From Patescibacteria group bacterium (GTDB lineage: Bacteria > Patescibacteriota > Patescibacteriia > Magasanikbacterales > GWA2-37-8), in NCBI GenBank assembly GCA_022710645.1, contig JAKLGL010000001.1, positions 167,426 through 231,425 on the forward strand: a stretch of DNA of 64,000 bases, read 5' to 3'. Positions 37,333 through 47,326 of the stretch are shown here, one piece after another. The notes below the pieces were generated by a model that saw only the letters and a program-made list of their open reading frames with translations, was not told the origin of the DNA and did not search any database. The position numbers and the translations under genes were made by a program. Within the stretch, counting starts at the first letter, position 1. Each line of letters opens with the position of its first letter.

Positions 37333-39402
37333 TTATTTCTTAATTTCGTTAATAGCTTCGCCTTGTTTTTTATCAAAACCCAAAAAGAAAATATTTCCTT
37401 CCGGTTTGAACCAAGCAAAAGAGAAACGACATAATATTCTGGTGATAGTAACAGCGGTAAACATGGAAACCAATACACCGATAGCCAAAGTCACAGCAAA
37501 ACCTTGAACAAAACCAGTACCAAGCCAGATCAAAAATACACAACTGATAAGAGTGGTTATATTACTGTCGCGAATAGAACTCCAAGCGCGAATAAACGCT
37601 TCTTCCATAGCCGTAGTCAAAGTTTTTTTGTTTTTCAATTCTTCTTTGAGGCGTTCAAAAACCAAAACATTGGCATCAACCGCCATACCAACAGAAAGAA
37701 TGAAACCGGCGATACCGGAAAGAGTCAATGTCACACCCAATAACTTGAACAAAGCCAAAGTGATAGAGCCGTAAATTACCAAAGAAAAAACAGATACTAT
37801 GCCCGGCCAGCGATAATACAAAATCATGAATAAAATAATTAACATCAAACCTACCAAACCGGCTTTGAAACTGGAAGTTAAAGAATCCGCTCCCAATGTA
37901 GCATCCACTTTTTGTTGAGAAATCAATTCTACAGGCACAGGCAAAGCGCCAGAGTTCAATCTTTGGGCCAATAAACGAGCTTCTTCCCAAGTAAATTCAC
38001 CGCTTATAACAGCACTTCCATCTTTAATAGGTTCGTTTACTTTAGGTACGCTTATCGGTTGACCATCCAAGAAAATAGCTACCGGTTTACCGACATTACG
38101 TGTAGTTAAATCGCCAAACAATTTTGCGCCATCAGTATCAAATTGCAAACTAACTTGAACTTGACCGGTACGAGAATCAGAAACAACTTCGGCTCTTTTT
38201 AACTGTTTACCGGAAAGTCCGGTATCTTTCCATTCGTCAGCCGGAGGAACAAAATCGGTTTTATCTTTGGTATTAACAAAAATTCTGGCAATTTCATATT
38301 CTTTCGGGGTTTTTTCATCTTTTTTATAAATTAAATGAAAACCAAAAGGAGTTTCTACTACATCGGATATTTGTCCTTTTTGCATGGCAAAAACGGCATT
38401 TTCAAAATCAGGCACCATGTCGCCTTTTTTGAACCAACCCAAATCCCCGCCTCTGTCGGCAGCACCCGGTTCAGTGGAATATTGTTTTACCAAATCAGCA
38501 AATCCGGAAACAGTGGCTTGCTGTTTGATTTCTTGAATTTTTTTCAAAGCATCTTCTTTGGTCGGATAATTTTGACTGTCGCAATTCGTGGCTCCGGTAT
38601 AACAAATCAAAAGATGGGCGGCGTTGACTTGAACATCACCGTCTTTTTCGGAAATTTTCTTGACTATATTATAACCGTCTACGCTTTTTATAACTCTACT
38701 ATTAACACCGGTTTTAGCGGTTTTGGCCCAAGCGTAAATTTCCGGTTGAGCATCTTCGGAGATAAAACCGATATTGCCGCTATTGTTTTTTGATTCTAAA
38801 TCTTCACTATAACGATTAACCGCTTCCACAAAAGTTATTTTGCGCAAATCGGTCAAAGCTTGATTAATCTTTTTTTCCGCAGCTTTATTGTATTCATTCA
38901 TTTGTTTGGTTTCGTCCGCAGTCATTTCTCTTTGTCCTTCTGTATTCTGTTCTTTAAACGCCAAAACCGGAGTTTCTCCGATCATTTTGATAGCTTGGTT
39001 AACATCAGTCACACCCGGAAGTTCTACGATAACACGATATTCTTCACCGACTCTGGTGGTTTGTACCAAAGGTTCGGCCACACCGAGTCCTCCGCGAACA
39101 CGTCTTTCAATAACGTCGCGAACACCTTCAACAGAACCGGCTTTGTCCTTTTCTGCTATATTGGAAGTGTCGGCTTGATAAATCAAATGAGCTCCACCGC
39201 GCAAATCCAGACCGAGATTAAACCCGTTATCCGGCAAAAGCGGCATACCGATACTCATTTTATCGTTAATAAATTTAAAACCACTGTTGACAATACTCGG
39301 GAAAATTACCACGAGACAAAGCAACAATAAAGCAAACGAACCGGCCACCCTCCAGTAAATTTGGGTTCGCGTAAACTTCTTGGGAGCAAGATTGCTAGCC
39401 AT
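37333..39402 (-). CDS. secD: protein translocase subunit SecD with an embedded parvulin-type peptidyl-prolyl isomerase domain
   Basis: N-terminal TM plus LGLDLRGGAHLIY SecD start and C-terminal SecD TM bundle; the internal segment VNAAHLLICY...GGDLGWFKKGDMVPDFENAVFAMQKGQISDVVETPFGFHLIYK is a canonical PpiC/parvulin domain. Confidence 0.85.
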   Translation of the reverse strand: MASNLAPKKFTRTQIYWRVAGSFALLLLCLVVIFPSIVNSGFKFINDKMSIGMPLLPDNGFNLGLDLRGGAHLIYQADTSNIAEKDKAGSVEGVRDVIERRVRGGLGVAEPLVQTTRVGEEYRVIVELPGVTDVNQAIKMIGETPVLAFKEQNTEGQREMTADETKQMNEYNKAAEKKINQALTDLRKITFVEAVNRYSEDLESKNNSGNIGFISEDAQPEIYAWAKTAKTGVNSRVIKSVDGYNIVKKISEKDGDVQVNAAHLLICYTGATNCDSQNYPTKEDALKKIQEIKQQATVSGFADLVKQYSTEPGAADRGGDLGWFKKGDMVPDFENAVFAMQKGQISDVVETPFGFHLIYKKDEKTPKEYEIARIFVNTKDKTDFVPPADEWKDTGLSGKQLKRAEVVSDSRTGQVQVSLQFDTDGAKLFGDLTTRNVGKPVAIFLDGQPISVPKVNEPIKDGSAVISGEFTWEEARLLAQRLNSGALPVPVELISQQKVDATLGADSLTSSFKAGLVGLMLIILFMILYYRWPGIVSVFSLVIYGSITLALFKLLGVTLTLSGIAGFILSVGMAVDANVLVFERLKEELKNKKTLTTAMEEAFIRAWSSIRDSNITTLISCVFLIWLGTGFVQGFAVTLAIGVLVSMFTAVTITRILCRFSFAWFKPEGNIFFLGFDKKQGEAINEIKK

Positions 39403-39603
39403 AAATTAAATAATTAAATAAATACTATTGTTAATTTAGCCAAATTTTACCTTTTTTTTTCTTATTTGGCAAGTGGTTAGTCCACAATTTTTTTTGTCTA
39501 ACCTTAGGCAAAAAAATAATATGACAAACCATTGCTTTATTGAAATTTTTTTGATAAGATAAAAACAGCACTTTCAAAAACGGAGAAAACGGAGGTTGCG
39601 ACC

Positions 39604-39810
39604 ATGATAACGTTGCAAAATTTTGAAAAGGCGACTTCGTCGTCTCCTAACATTATCCCTAACGGAGCCATCTTGGTTCTTCTAGGGATAATAGCCAGGG
39701 CAAATAAAGATGATTTGCCTAAAGCTTTAATCAGCCTGGAAAAAACCAGACCTGATTTTTTCAACCGCCTTAAAACCACCAATCCGGAATTCTTCGCCGA
39801 CCAAACCTAA
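39604..39810 (+). CDS. hypothetical small protein (68 aa)
   Basis: GGAGG RBS 7 nt upstream of the ATG; a terminator hairpin gccgaccaaacctaaacggtcggcttttttatt directly follows. Confidence 0.45.
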   Translation: MITLQNFEKATSSSPNIIPNGAILVLLGIIARANKDDLPKALISLEKTRPDFFNRLKTTNPEFFADQT

Positions 39811-39826
39811 ACGGTCGGCTTTTTTA

Positions 39827-42577
39827 TTAAGCTCCGCAACATTTTTTAAACTTCTTTCCACTACCGCACGGACAAGGATCGTTTCGTCCAATTTCTTTAT
39901 TTTGATTTTTTCTAATCGATGCACCGGCGCTATCACCAGCTTCTTTTTCCGCGCCTTGAAAAACCAAATTTTGAGAAGCAAGCGCAGAAGCGGACATTTC
40001 TACACCAAGTGTTACTTTATAAATCGTATAGACTATTTCTTTTTGAATATAACTCAAAAGCTCGTTAAACATGTGATAAGTCTCTTTTTTGTATTCAACC
40101 AGAGGATCGCGTTGACCATAACCGCGTAAACCTATGCCGGTACGCAAATAATCTATAGCTACCAAATGCTCTATCCACAAATTATCTATTCCTCGCAACA
40201 AGACTTGTTTTTCTATTTCCAATAAAAATTCCGGCTCACTGATTTTTTTAACTAATAAATCTTCGTATTTTTCTTTGGACAATTTTACCAAATAATCGGT
40301 TAATTCGCTTCTCTCCTCCACTTCCGGAATTCCGCTTGAAATCGACGGCTTAAAATTTAAAATTTTATCTTTTTCTTCCGCGTTTAAAGGAAAAATAGTT
40401 GAAACGGTTTCCGCTATTTCTTTGAAATTCCAAGAGTTATGATCTTCGTAATTGGTATGAAAAGAAACCACGCTCTCTATTTCTTGCTCCACCATTTCCA
40501 AAATAATATCTCTTAGCGGTTTAAAATCCGCGGCTAAAACAATATTTTCTCCTCGTAATTTTGATTTTTCCGTATCAAAAGATTTCAAAACCTGACGACG
40601 TTTACTATATATAACTTCTCGATGTTTATTGAGAACATCATCATATTCCAACAAGTGTTTACGGGCGTCAAAATGAAATCCTTCCACTTTACGTTGAGCG
40701 GATTCTATAATTTTACTGATAGTTTTATTTTCTATCGGCATATCATCCGGCACTTTGAGTGTTTGCATTACCCCTCTAATCCTGTCGCCGGCAAAAATAC
40801 GCATCAAATCATCTTCTGTACTCAAATAAAATTGCGACATACCCGGATCTCCTTGACGTCCGGCGCGACCACGCAACTGATTATCAATACGGCGACTTTC
40901 ATGACGTTCGGTACCGATTACAAATAAACCTCCTAGTTCGCGCACTTTTTTGGCCTTTTCCGGATCTTGAGGATTACCACCAAGTATGATATCCACGCCA
41001 CGACCGGCCATGTTGGTAGCCAAAGTCACCGCGCCCGGCGCGCCGGCCTGAGCGATAATTTCACCTTCACGTTCATGGTTCTTGGCATTGAGTATTTCAT
41101 GGTGTACTCCTTCCATTTCCAAATATTGACTCAATATCTCATTCTTATCTACAGATATTGTACCTATGAGCACTGGTTGCCCCTTTAACTGTAGAGCTTT
41201 AACCTCTTTGGCTATAGCTTTAAATTTCACATCCTCGGTACGATAGATTCTATCGGCCAAATCCTTTCTTTGTCTTTGTTTATTGGTCGGAATAGTCACT
41301 ACTTCCAATTTATAAATTTTTCCAAACTCTTCAGCTTCGGTTACGGCCGTACCGGTCATACCCGCCAATTTTTCATACATACGAAAATAATTTTGGAAGG
41401 TTACGGTTGCCATAGTTTGACTTTCACGTTGGATTTGTACACCCTCTTTGGCTTCTATCGCTTGATGCAATCCTTCACTGTATCGACGCCCCGGCATTTT
41501 ACGTCCGGTAAATTCGTCAACTATTACCACTTCCCCGTTTTCAACCACATAATCTCTATCGCGTTTTAAAATAGTTTCCGCTTTTAAAGCTTGTTCAACG
41601 TGGTGCACTGTTTGAATACCGCCTTCCACATAAATATTTTCCACTCCCAAAGCTTTTTCTATTTTATGTATACCGTTTTCCGTCAAAGTAGCGGAACGCA
41701 TCTTTTCGTCCACATTGTAATCTTCATTTTCTTTGAGTTGTTTTACCAAGGCGGCAAATTTATAATAAGTATCCGTAGCCTTTTGCGCCGGAGCAGAAAT
41801 GATAAGAGGAGTTCTGGCTTCATCTATTAAAATAGAGTCGACCTCGTCAACTATCGCATAATAAAGAGGTCTTTGGGACATTTCCATCAAAGAACCTACC
41901 ATGTTGTCGCGTAAATAATCAAAACCGAATTCGTTGTTAGTGCCGTAAATAATATCGCATTGATACGCTTCTTGACGTTTACAAGAAATCAAATATTCGG
42001 TTTTAACTTTATAAACAGCAGTGTTTTCTTTTTTGTTTTCATCGTTTAAAATTGCTTCATCTTTTACTTCCACTTCATGTTTATGAAATTTGTAAGAAAC
42101 CAATAAATTTTGAATGACTCCAACACTTAACCCGAGTGTGTCATAAATTTGCCCCATCCATACCGCGTCGCGTTTAGCCAAATAATCGTTTACCGTAACT
42201 ACATGAACTCCTTTTCCGGTCAAAGCGTTTAAATAAACCGGCAAAGTGGCAACCAATGTTTTACCTTCACCGGTATGCATTTCCGAAATTTGTCCACGAT
42301 GAAGAACAATACCGCCGATAAGTTGAGTATCATAATGACGCATTCCTGTAATGCGTTTAGAGGCTTCGCGAACAACCGCAAAGGCTTCGGGTAAAATATC
42401 TTCCAAAGTTTCACCGTTTGCAAGTCGTTTTTTAAATTCTATTGTTTTTCCTCTTAACTCTTCCATTGACAATTTTTGTATTGTCGATTCGAAAGAATTT
42501 ATTTTTTCTACTACAGGCATTATATCTTTAATAATCTTTGCGTTCGGATCTCCAAAAATTTTCGCTAAAAATGACAT
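39827..42577 (-). CDS. secA: preprotein translocase ATPase SecA
   Basis: MRHYDTQLIGGIVLHRGQISEMHTGEGKTLVATLP; C-terminal Zn finger CPCGSGKKFKKCCG. Confidence 0.95.
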   Translation of the reverse strand: MSFLAKIFGDPNAKIIKDIMPVVEKINSFESTIQKLSMEELRGKTIEFKKRLANGETLEDILPEAFAVVREASKRITGMRHYDTQLIGGIVLHRGQISEMHTGEGKTLVATLPVYLNALTGKGVHVVTVNDYLAKRDAVWMGQIYDTLGLSVGVIQNLLVSYKFHKHEVEVKDEAILNDENKKENTAVYKVKTEYLISCKRQEAYQCDIIYGTNNEFGFDYLRDNMVGSLMEMSQRPLYYAIVDEVDSILIDEARTPLIISAPAQKATDTYYKFAALVKQLKENEDYNVDEKMRSATLTENGIHKIEKALGVENIYVEGGIQTVHHVEQALKAETILKRDRDYVVENGEVVIVDEFTGRKMPGRRYSEGLHQAIEAKEGVQIQRESQTMATVTFQNYFRMYEKLAGMTGTAVTEAEEFGKIYKLEVVTIPTNKQRQRKDLADRIYRTEDVKFKAIAKEVKALQLKGQPVLIGTISVDKNEILSQYLEMEGVHHEILNAKNHEREGEIIAQAGAPGAVTLATNMAGRGVDIILGGNPQDPEKAKKVRELGGLFVIGTERHESRRIDNQLRGRAGRQGDPGMSQFYLSTEDDLMRIFAGDRIRGVMQTLKVPDDMPIENKTISKIIESAQRKVEGFHFDARKHLLEYDDVLNKHREVIYSKRRQVLKSFDTEKSKLRGENIVLAADFKPLRDIILEMVEQEIESVVSFHTNYEDHNSWNFKEIAETVSTIFPLNAEEKDKILNFKPSISSGIPEVEERSELTDYLVKLSKEKYEDLLVKKISEPEFLLEIEKQVLLRGIDNLWIEHLVAIDYLRTGIGLRGYGQRDPLVEYKKETYHMFNELLSYIQKEIVYTIYKVTLGVEMSASALASQNLVFQGAEKEAGDSAGASIRKNQNKEIGRNDPCPCGSGKKFKKCCGA

Positions 42578-42650
42578 ATTTTTACTGTTAAATTACAAAA
42601 ATCAGGCCCGATTAAAGGCCTGATTATTTTATCAGTATTTAAATTAAAAA

Positions 42651-44288
42651 TCAACCCTTTGTCCCCTTTAAAGCCGCTTTTATCAAACCAACAAAAAGAG
42701 GGTGCGGATGAAGAGGTCTGCTTTTTAATTCCGGATGAAATTGGGTGCCGACAAAAAAAGGATGTTTCTGTAATTCTAAGATTTCCACCAAATTCGCTTC
42801 TTTATTTACGCCGACGATTTTCAAACCGGCATTATCAAGTTTTTCGCGATAATCATTATTAAATTCATAACGATGGCGATGTCTTTCGGAAATAACTTTT
42901 TGACCGTATAATTTTTCCGTCAAACTCCCCTTCTTGAGCTCGCAAGAATACGCCCCTAAACGCATTGTTCCGCCATAACGATTATTTTTAACGTTCATTT
43001 TTTGATTGGGATTGATATGAATTATTAAATTGGAAGATTGGGGATTTCGTTCGGCCGTATCGGCATCTTTTAATTTCAAAACATTACGCGCAAATTCTAT
43101 AGACATCAATTGCATTCCATAGCAAAGTCCCAAATAAGGAATCTTTTTTTCGCGAGCATACTGAATAACTTTCAAAATACCGTCTACACCTCTCGTCCCA
43201 AATCCGCCAGGCACTATAATTGCATCAAACTGTTTTAAATCCACCAGTTTTTTCGGCTGTTTTTCAAAGACTTCGGAATCAAGCCAAGTCATTTTCGCTA
43301 TCGCGCCGCAAGTCCACGCCGCGTGTTTAGCCGCTTCAATTACGGAAATATAAGAATCAGACAAAGTAAAATTTCCAGTGGTGAAATATTTACCCACCAC
43401 CGCGATTTTTATTTCTTTTTTCGCATGTTTCATTTTGGAAACAAAATTCGACCAATCGCCATTTTTACGATTTTTCAATTTTAATTTCAATTTCTTGGCA
43501 ACAATCTTACCTAAATTATAATTTTCAAAATTATCGGGAATTTCGTAAATATTTTTTACATCCGGTGCGGGGATAATATCTTCTTTACTGCGCAAAGAAC
43601 AGAAAAAGGCTAATTTTTCTCTACGAACATCGTCTAACAATTCCTTGCCGCGAGCAATTATAATATCAGCTTGCAGTCCACTGTTATTTAACATCCTGGC
43701 GGCATGTTGAGTAGGCTTAGTCTTCATTTCACCCAAATGTCCGGGTACTGGCAAATAACTCACCAAAACAAACAAAACATCTTCCGGTTGTTTCAATTTT
43801 AAACTTCTGGCCGCTTCCAAAAATAAAATATTTTCATATTCCCCTACCGTACCTCCGATTTCAATTATCATTACATCGGCTTTTGTTTCTTTAACCGCTT
43901 TATCTATTCTACCTAAAACTTCCAAAGGGATATGAGGAACAACTTGCACGCATTTGCCTTTAAACTGCATAGTTCTTTCTTTCTCAATCACACTCTGATA
44001 AACCCTACCGGTAGTCATATAATTGGTGGACAAAATATCGGTATCCAAAAATCTTTCATAATTACCTATATCTTGGTCTGTTTCATCTCCGTCATCGGTT
44101 ACAAAAACTTCTCCGTGTTCTACCGGATTCATCGTTCCAGCGTCAACATTAATATACGGATCTATCTTGATAGCCGAAACTCGTAAACCGTAATTATTCA
44201 AAATTCTCCCAATAGAAGCGACGGTAACTCCTTTCCCCACCCCGCTCATTACTCCGCCTACAACAAAAATATATTTGGTCCTACCCAT
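42651..44288 (-). CDS. pyrG: CTP synthase
   Basis: KYIFVVGGVMSGVGKG N-terminus; glutamine amidotransferase GLCYGMQ. Confidence 0.95.
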   Translation of the reverse strand: MGRTKYIFVVGGVMSGVGKGVTVASIGRILNNYGLRVSAIKIDPYINVDAGTMNPVEHGEVFVTDDGDETDQDIGNYERFLDTDILSTNYMTTGRVYQSVIEKERTMQFKGKCVQVVPHIPLEVLGRIDKAVKETKADVMIIEIGGTVGEYENILFLEAARSLKLKQPEDVLFVLVSYLPVPGHLGEMKTKPTQHAARMLNNSGLQADIIIARGKELLDDVRREKLAFFCSLRSKEDIIPAPDVKNIYEIPDNFENYNLGKIVAKKLKLKLKNRKNGDWSNFVSKMKHAKKEIKIAVVGKYFTTGNFTLSDSYISVIEAAKHAAWTCGAIAKMTWLDSEVFEKQPKKLVDLKQFDAIIVPGGFGTRGVDGILKVIQYAREKKIPYLGLCYGMQLMSIEFARNVLKLKDADTAERNPQSSNLIIHINPNQKMNVKNNRYGGTMRLGAYSCELKKGSLTEKLYGQKVISERHRHRYEFNNDYREKLDNAGLKIVGVNKEANLVEILELQKHPFFVGTQFHPELKSRPLHPHPLFVGLIKAALKGTKG

Positions 44289-44324
44289 ATATTTGTTTTT
44301 TAAAAAAAGTAAATTATTTATTCA

Positions 44325-44795
44325 TTATTTTTTACTTTTACCTGTTTCTGCTTCAATCTTAGCATTAACCGTTAAATTGATATTCGCTTCCAACCCGTGT
44401 CGCATTTTTATTTTTATTTTATAATCACCGATTTCCTTAATCGGTTCGGTAAAAACCATAGTTTTATTCACCGGAAAACCGTAAGTTTTTAGAGCTTCGG
44501 CGATACGTTGTGGAGTAATAGCCGCGTATAATAAACTATCTTCGTTGGCTTTATCTTCAATAATTAAAGTGTATCCTTCCAAACGATCGGCCAATGATTG
44601 TGTCTCGCGCAATTCTTTTTCCGTATCTTTGGCTCGTTTTTTTTCTTTATCTTTCAACTCCTTTATTTTGGCGTTAGAGGCTTGGATAGCCAAATGTTTA
44701 GGAAAAAGAAGATTGAGAGCATAGCCGTCGGACACCTCTTTGATATCGTCAATATCCCCCAACCCGGGAACTCTTTCAAGTAAAATTACTTTCAT
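44325..44795 (-). CDS. rplI: 50S ribosomal protein L9
   Basis: MKVILLERVPGLGDIDDIKEVSDGYALNLLFPKHLA. Confidence 0.9.
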   Translation of the reverse strand: MKVILLERVPGLGDIDDIKEVSDGYALNLLFPKHLAIQASNAKIKELKDKEKKRAKDTEKELRETQSLADRLEGYTLIIEDKANEDSLLYAAITPQRIAEALKTYGFPVNKTMVFTEPIKEIGDYKIKIKMRHGLEANINLTVNAKIEAETGKSKK

Positions 44796-44894
44796 ATGAT
44801 TCTTGCTTATTTTATTAATTTCCTATAATATAGTACTACAAAAGCGGTTTATTGAAAAGTATTATTCAAAATAACCGTTTTCCTTAAGAAAAAC

Positions 44895-45030
44895 AACTAA
44901 TTACCTTTCTGTTGCTTAATTTTCAATTATCAATTTTCAATATTGTAAACCGAAACTCGCGATGTTTGAAAATTAATTCATTGAACATTCAATGGAAATT
45001 GAAAATTGAAAATTTTTATAACTATTTAAA
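44895..45030 (+). promoter_or_regulatory. AT-rich repeat region upstream of era (TTCATTGAACATTCAATGG palindrome plus GAAATTGAAAATTGAAAATTT)
   Basis: shares motifs with 8560-8676 upstream of ssrA. Confidence 0.4.
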
Positions 45031-45036
45031 ACAAAT

Positions 45037-45933
45037 ATGTCTCCTAATAAAAAACAACCTGAACAAACAGAAACCACTCCTTCTTTCAAATCTGGCCTTA
45101 TTACTTTAATTGGCCGTTCCAACGTAGGGAAATCAACTCTTTTAAACACCCTGATCGGTCAAAAAGTCGCGATTGTCACCCATAAACCGCAAACCACCAG
45201 AAATATTATTCACGGAGTATTAAACACTTCGCAAGGTCAAGCTGTTTTTATCGACACCCCGGGTATTTTCAAAGAAAAGAGAAATCCTCTTTCCGGAAAG
45301 ATGATAGAAAGAGTTGAAGAATCTTTACAAGATATCAATTTGATAATTTATGTAGTTGATCCGACCAAAGCCATCGGCGCGGAAGAAAGATTCAACATGT
45401 CACTTTTGCGAAAATCCGATGTGCCAAAAATTTTGGTTATCAACAAATGCGACATGCCGGAAAAAGATAAAGAATTTTTGGAAGACTATCGCGCTATAGG
45501 TGATCAATTTAACGCTGTTTTTGAACTTTCCGCTCTCAAAGATCGCCACGTGGAACCTTTACGCCAAAAAGTTTTTGAATTTTTACCCGAAGGCGAACCT
45601 TATTACCCGCCCGGACAAATCAGTAATACCGATGAAGAATTTTGGATTGCCGAGGTGGTCAGAGAAAAAATATTTTTGGCCTTACGCCAAGAAGTTCCCT
45701 ACAGCACACATGTTGAAGTGGAAAGTGTGGAAGACAAAGGAAATGTCTTAGTTATCAAAATCAGAGTCTTGACCCATTCCAAAGAATACAAAAAAATGAT
45801 TATCGGCAAAGGCGGTCGTGCTATCAAAGAAATAGGTATCGCCGCTCGCAAAGAATTGGAAACTGCCTTAAACAAAAAAGTTTTTCTGGAAATAGAAGTG
45901 GAGACGGATAAACGATGGACGGAACGCGTATAG
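45037..45933 (+). CDS. era: GTPase Era
   Basis: GRSNVGKSTLLN G1, DTPG, NKCD; C-terminal KH domain. Confidence 0.95.
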   Translation: MSPNKKQPEQTETTPSFKSGLITLIGRSNVGKSTLLNTLIGQKVAIVTHKPQTTRNIIHGVLNTSQGQAVFIDTPGIFKEKRNPLSGKMIERVEESLQDINLIIYVVDPTKAIGAEERFNMSLLRKSDVPKILVINKCDMPEKDKEFLEDYRAIGDQFNAVFELSALKDRHVEPLRQKVFEFLPEGEPYYPPGQISNTDEEFWIAEVVREKIFLALRQEVPYSTHVEVESVEDKGNVLVIKIRVLTHSKEYKKMIIGKGGRAIKEIGIAARKELETALNKKVFLEIEVETDKRWTERV

Positions 45934-45995
45934 ATAATAAAAAACTTCCTATTTAATAGGAAGTTTTTTATTATCTATATTTCAACTTTATAAAA

Positions 45996-47309
45996 TTATT
46001 TCAAAAGCTCCATTGCTTTATCAATCATTACATCTTCCCCTACTTTTTCTTTATTCCAATCTTCTTTAACTTCAATATCCGGGGCAATACCTTCTTTATT
46101 AATATTGCGACCGTTTGGAGTAAACCATTCGGCAACGGTTAATTTCAAAGCCGAACCATCGGGAAACATTTCATAATCTTGAACCGAACCTTTACCAAAA
46201 GTCTTTGTTCCCACAAGTGTAGCTTTTTTGGTATCCTGTAGAGCACCGGCTACGATTTCCGAAGCTGAAGCCGAACCACCGTTGATAAGCACGATTGTTT
46301 TTATATTACTTAATCTGGCCCCGCCCAAAGCTTCATGATCTTTGGAATTACCGTCACTTCCTTTTTCACTAACCACCACCCCTTTTTCTACCCATTCACT
46401 GGCCATTTTGATAGATTGATCCAAATAACCACCAGGATTACTTCGTAAATCCAAAATCATTTTTTTACCACCAAGGCGTTGAAATTCTTTTATCCCTTTA
46501 TCAAATTGTTTCTGAGTATCTTCGTTGAACTGCATAACCCTAAAATATCCAACTTCATTATTTTCCATTTTGAAAGTTACCGAGGGTACGCTAATTTTTG
46601 CTCGAATAATTTTTATTTCTTGTTGTTCTGGAGAACCGTCGCGCTCTATCAATAAAACAACTTCCGTGCCGGCCTTACCGCGTATTTTGGAAACAGCCAA
46701 ATTTACATCCATACCCATGGTCTGTTCTTTATCTATTTGCATTATTTTGTCTCCTGGTCGCAAACCTGCTTTTTCCGCCGGAGTATCGGGAAGTGGCGCA
46801 ACTATAACCAGCTGCTGATTCTTTATCCCCACTTCAGCACCTATTCCTTCCAATTCTCCGGATAAATCTTTGGCAAATTCATCCGCAGCTTTTGGTGGAA
46901 AATATAAAGAGTAAGGATCACCCAAAGCATAGACTAAACCTTGCATCGCCCCGTAAAATAAATCCACGTCTTTGATATCTTTTTTTACATATTTCTCTTT
47001 TATTTTATCCCATACATCCCAAAACTGTTGGAAATCAACTTCGTCCGAACGATTCAACATCCTGTTTAATTTCAAAACTTTTATCTGTTCCACCTCTCCG
47101 TTTTCGTCAGTTACATTTTTATGGATAAAATAATACTGGCTTGATATAAACCCTAAACCGAAAGCTACCACAAATAAAATAAGGGACAAATAAAATCCGA
47201 AATATTTTCCCGCTCTTCTCTTTGTCGGTGTCGATTCTGAATTAATCGAAGTATTAATATTAAAATCCATAGTAAAATTTATTGATTTATTATTTATTAA
47301 TTTTCTCAA
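45996..47309 (-). CDS. ctpA: carboxyl-terminal processing protease (S41 family) with a PDZ domain
   Basis: GLRPGDKIMQIDKE PDZ; LDLRSNPGGY; FGKGSVQ. Confidence 0.9.
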   Translation of the reverse strand: MRKLINNKSINFTMDFNINTSINSESTPTKRRAGKYFGFYLSLILFVVAFGLGFISSQYYFIHKNVTDENGEVEQIKVLKLNRMLNRSDEVDFQQFWDVWDKIKEKYVKKDIKDVDLFYGAMQGLVYALGDPYSLYFPPKAADEFAKDLSGELEGIGAEVGIKNQQLVIVAPLPDTPAEKAGLRPGDKIMQIDKEQTMGMDVNLAVSKIRGKAGTEVVLLIERDGSPEQQEIKIIRAKISVPSVTFKMENNEVGYFRVMQFNEDTQKQFDKGIKEFQRLGGKKMILDLRSNPGGYLDQSIKMASEWVEKGVVVSEKGSDGNSKDHEALGGARLSNIKTIVLINGGSASASEIVAGALQDTKKATLVGTKTFGKGSVQDYEMFPDGSALKLTVAEWFTPNGRNINKEGIAPDIEVKEDWNKEKVGEDVMIDKAMELLK

Positions 47310-47326
47310 TCTTACATCCTACATTT

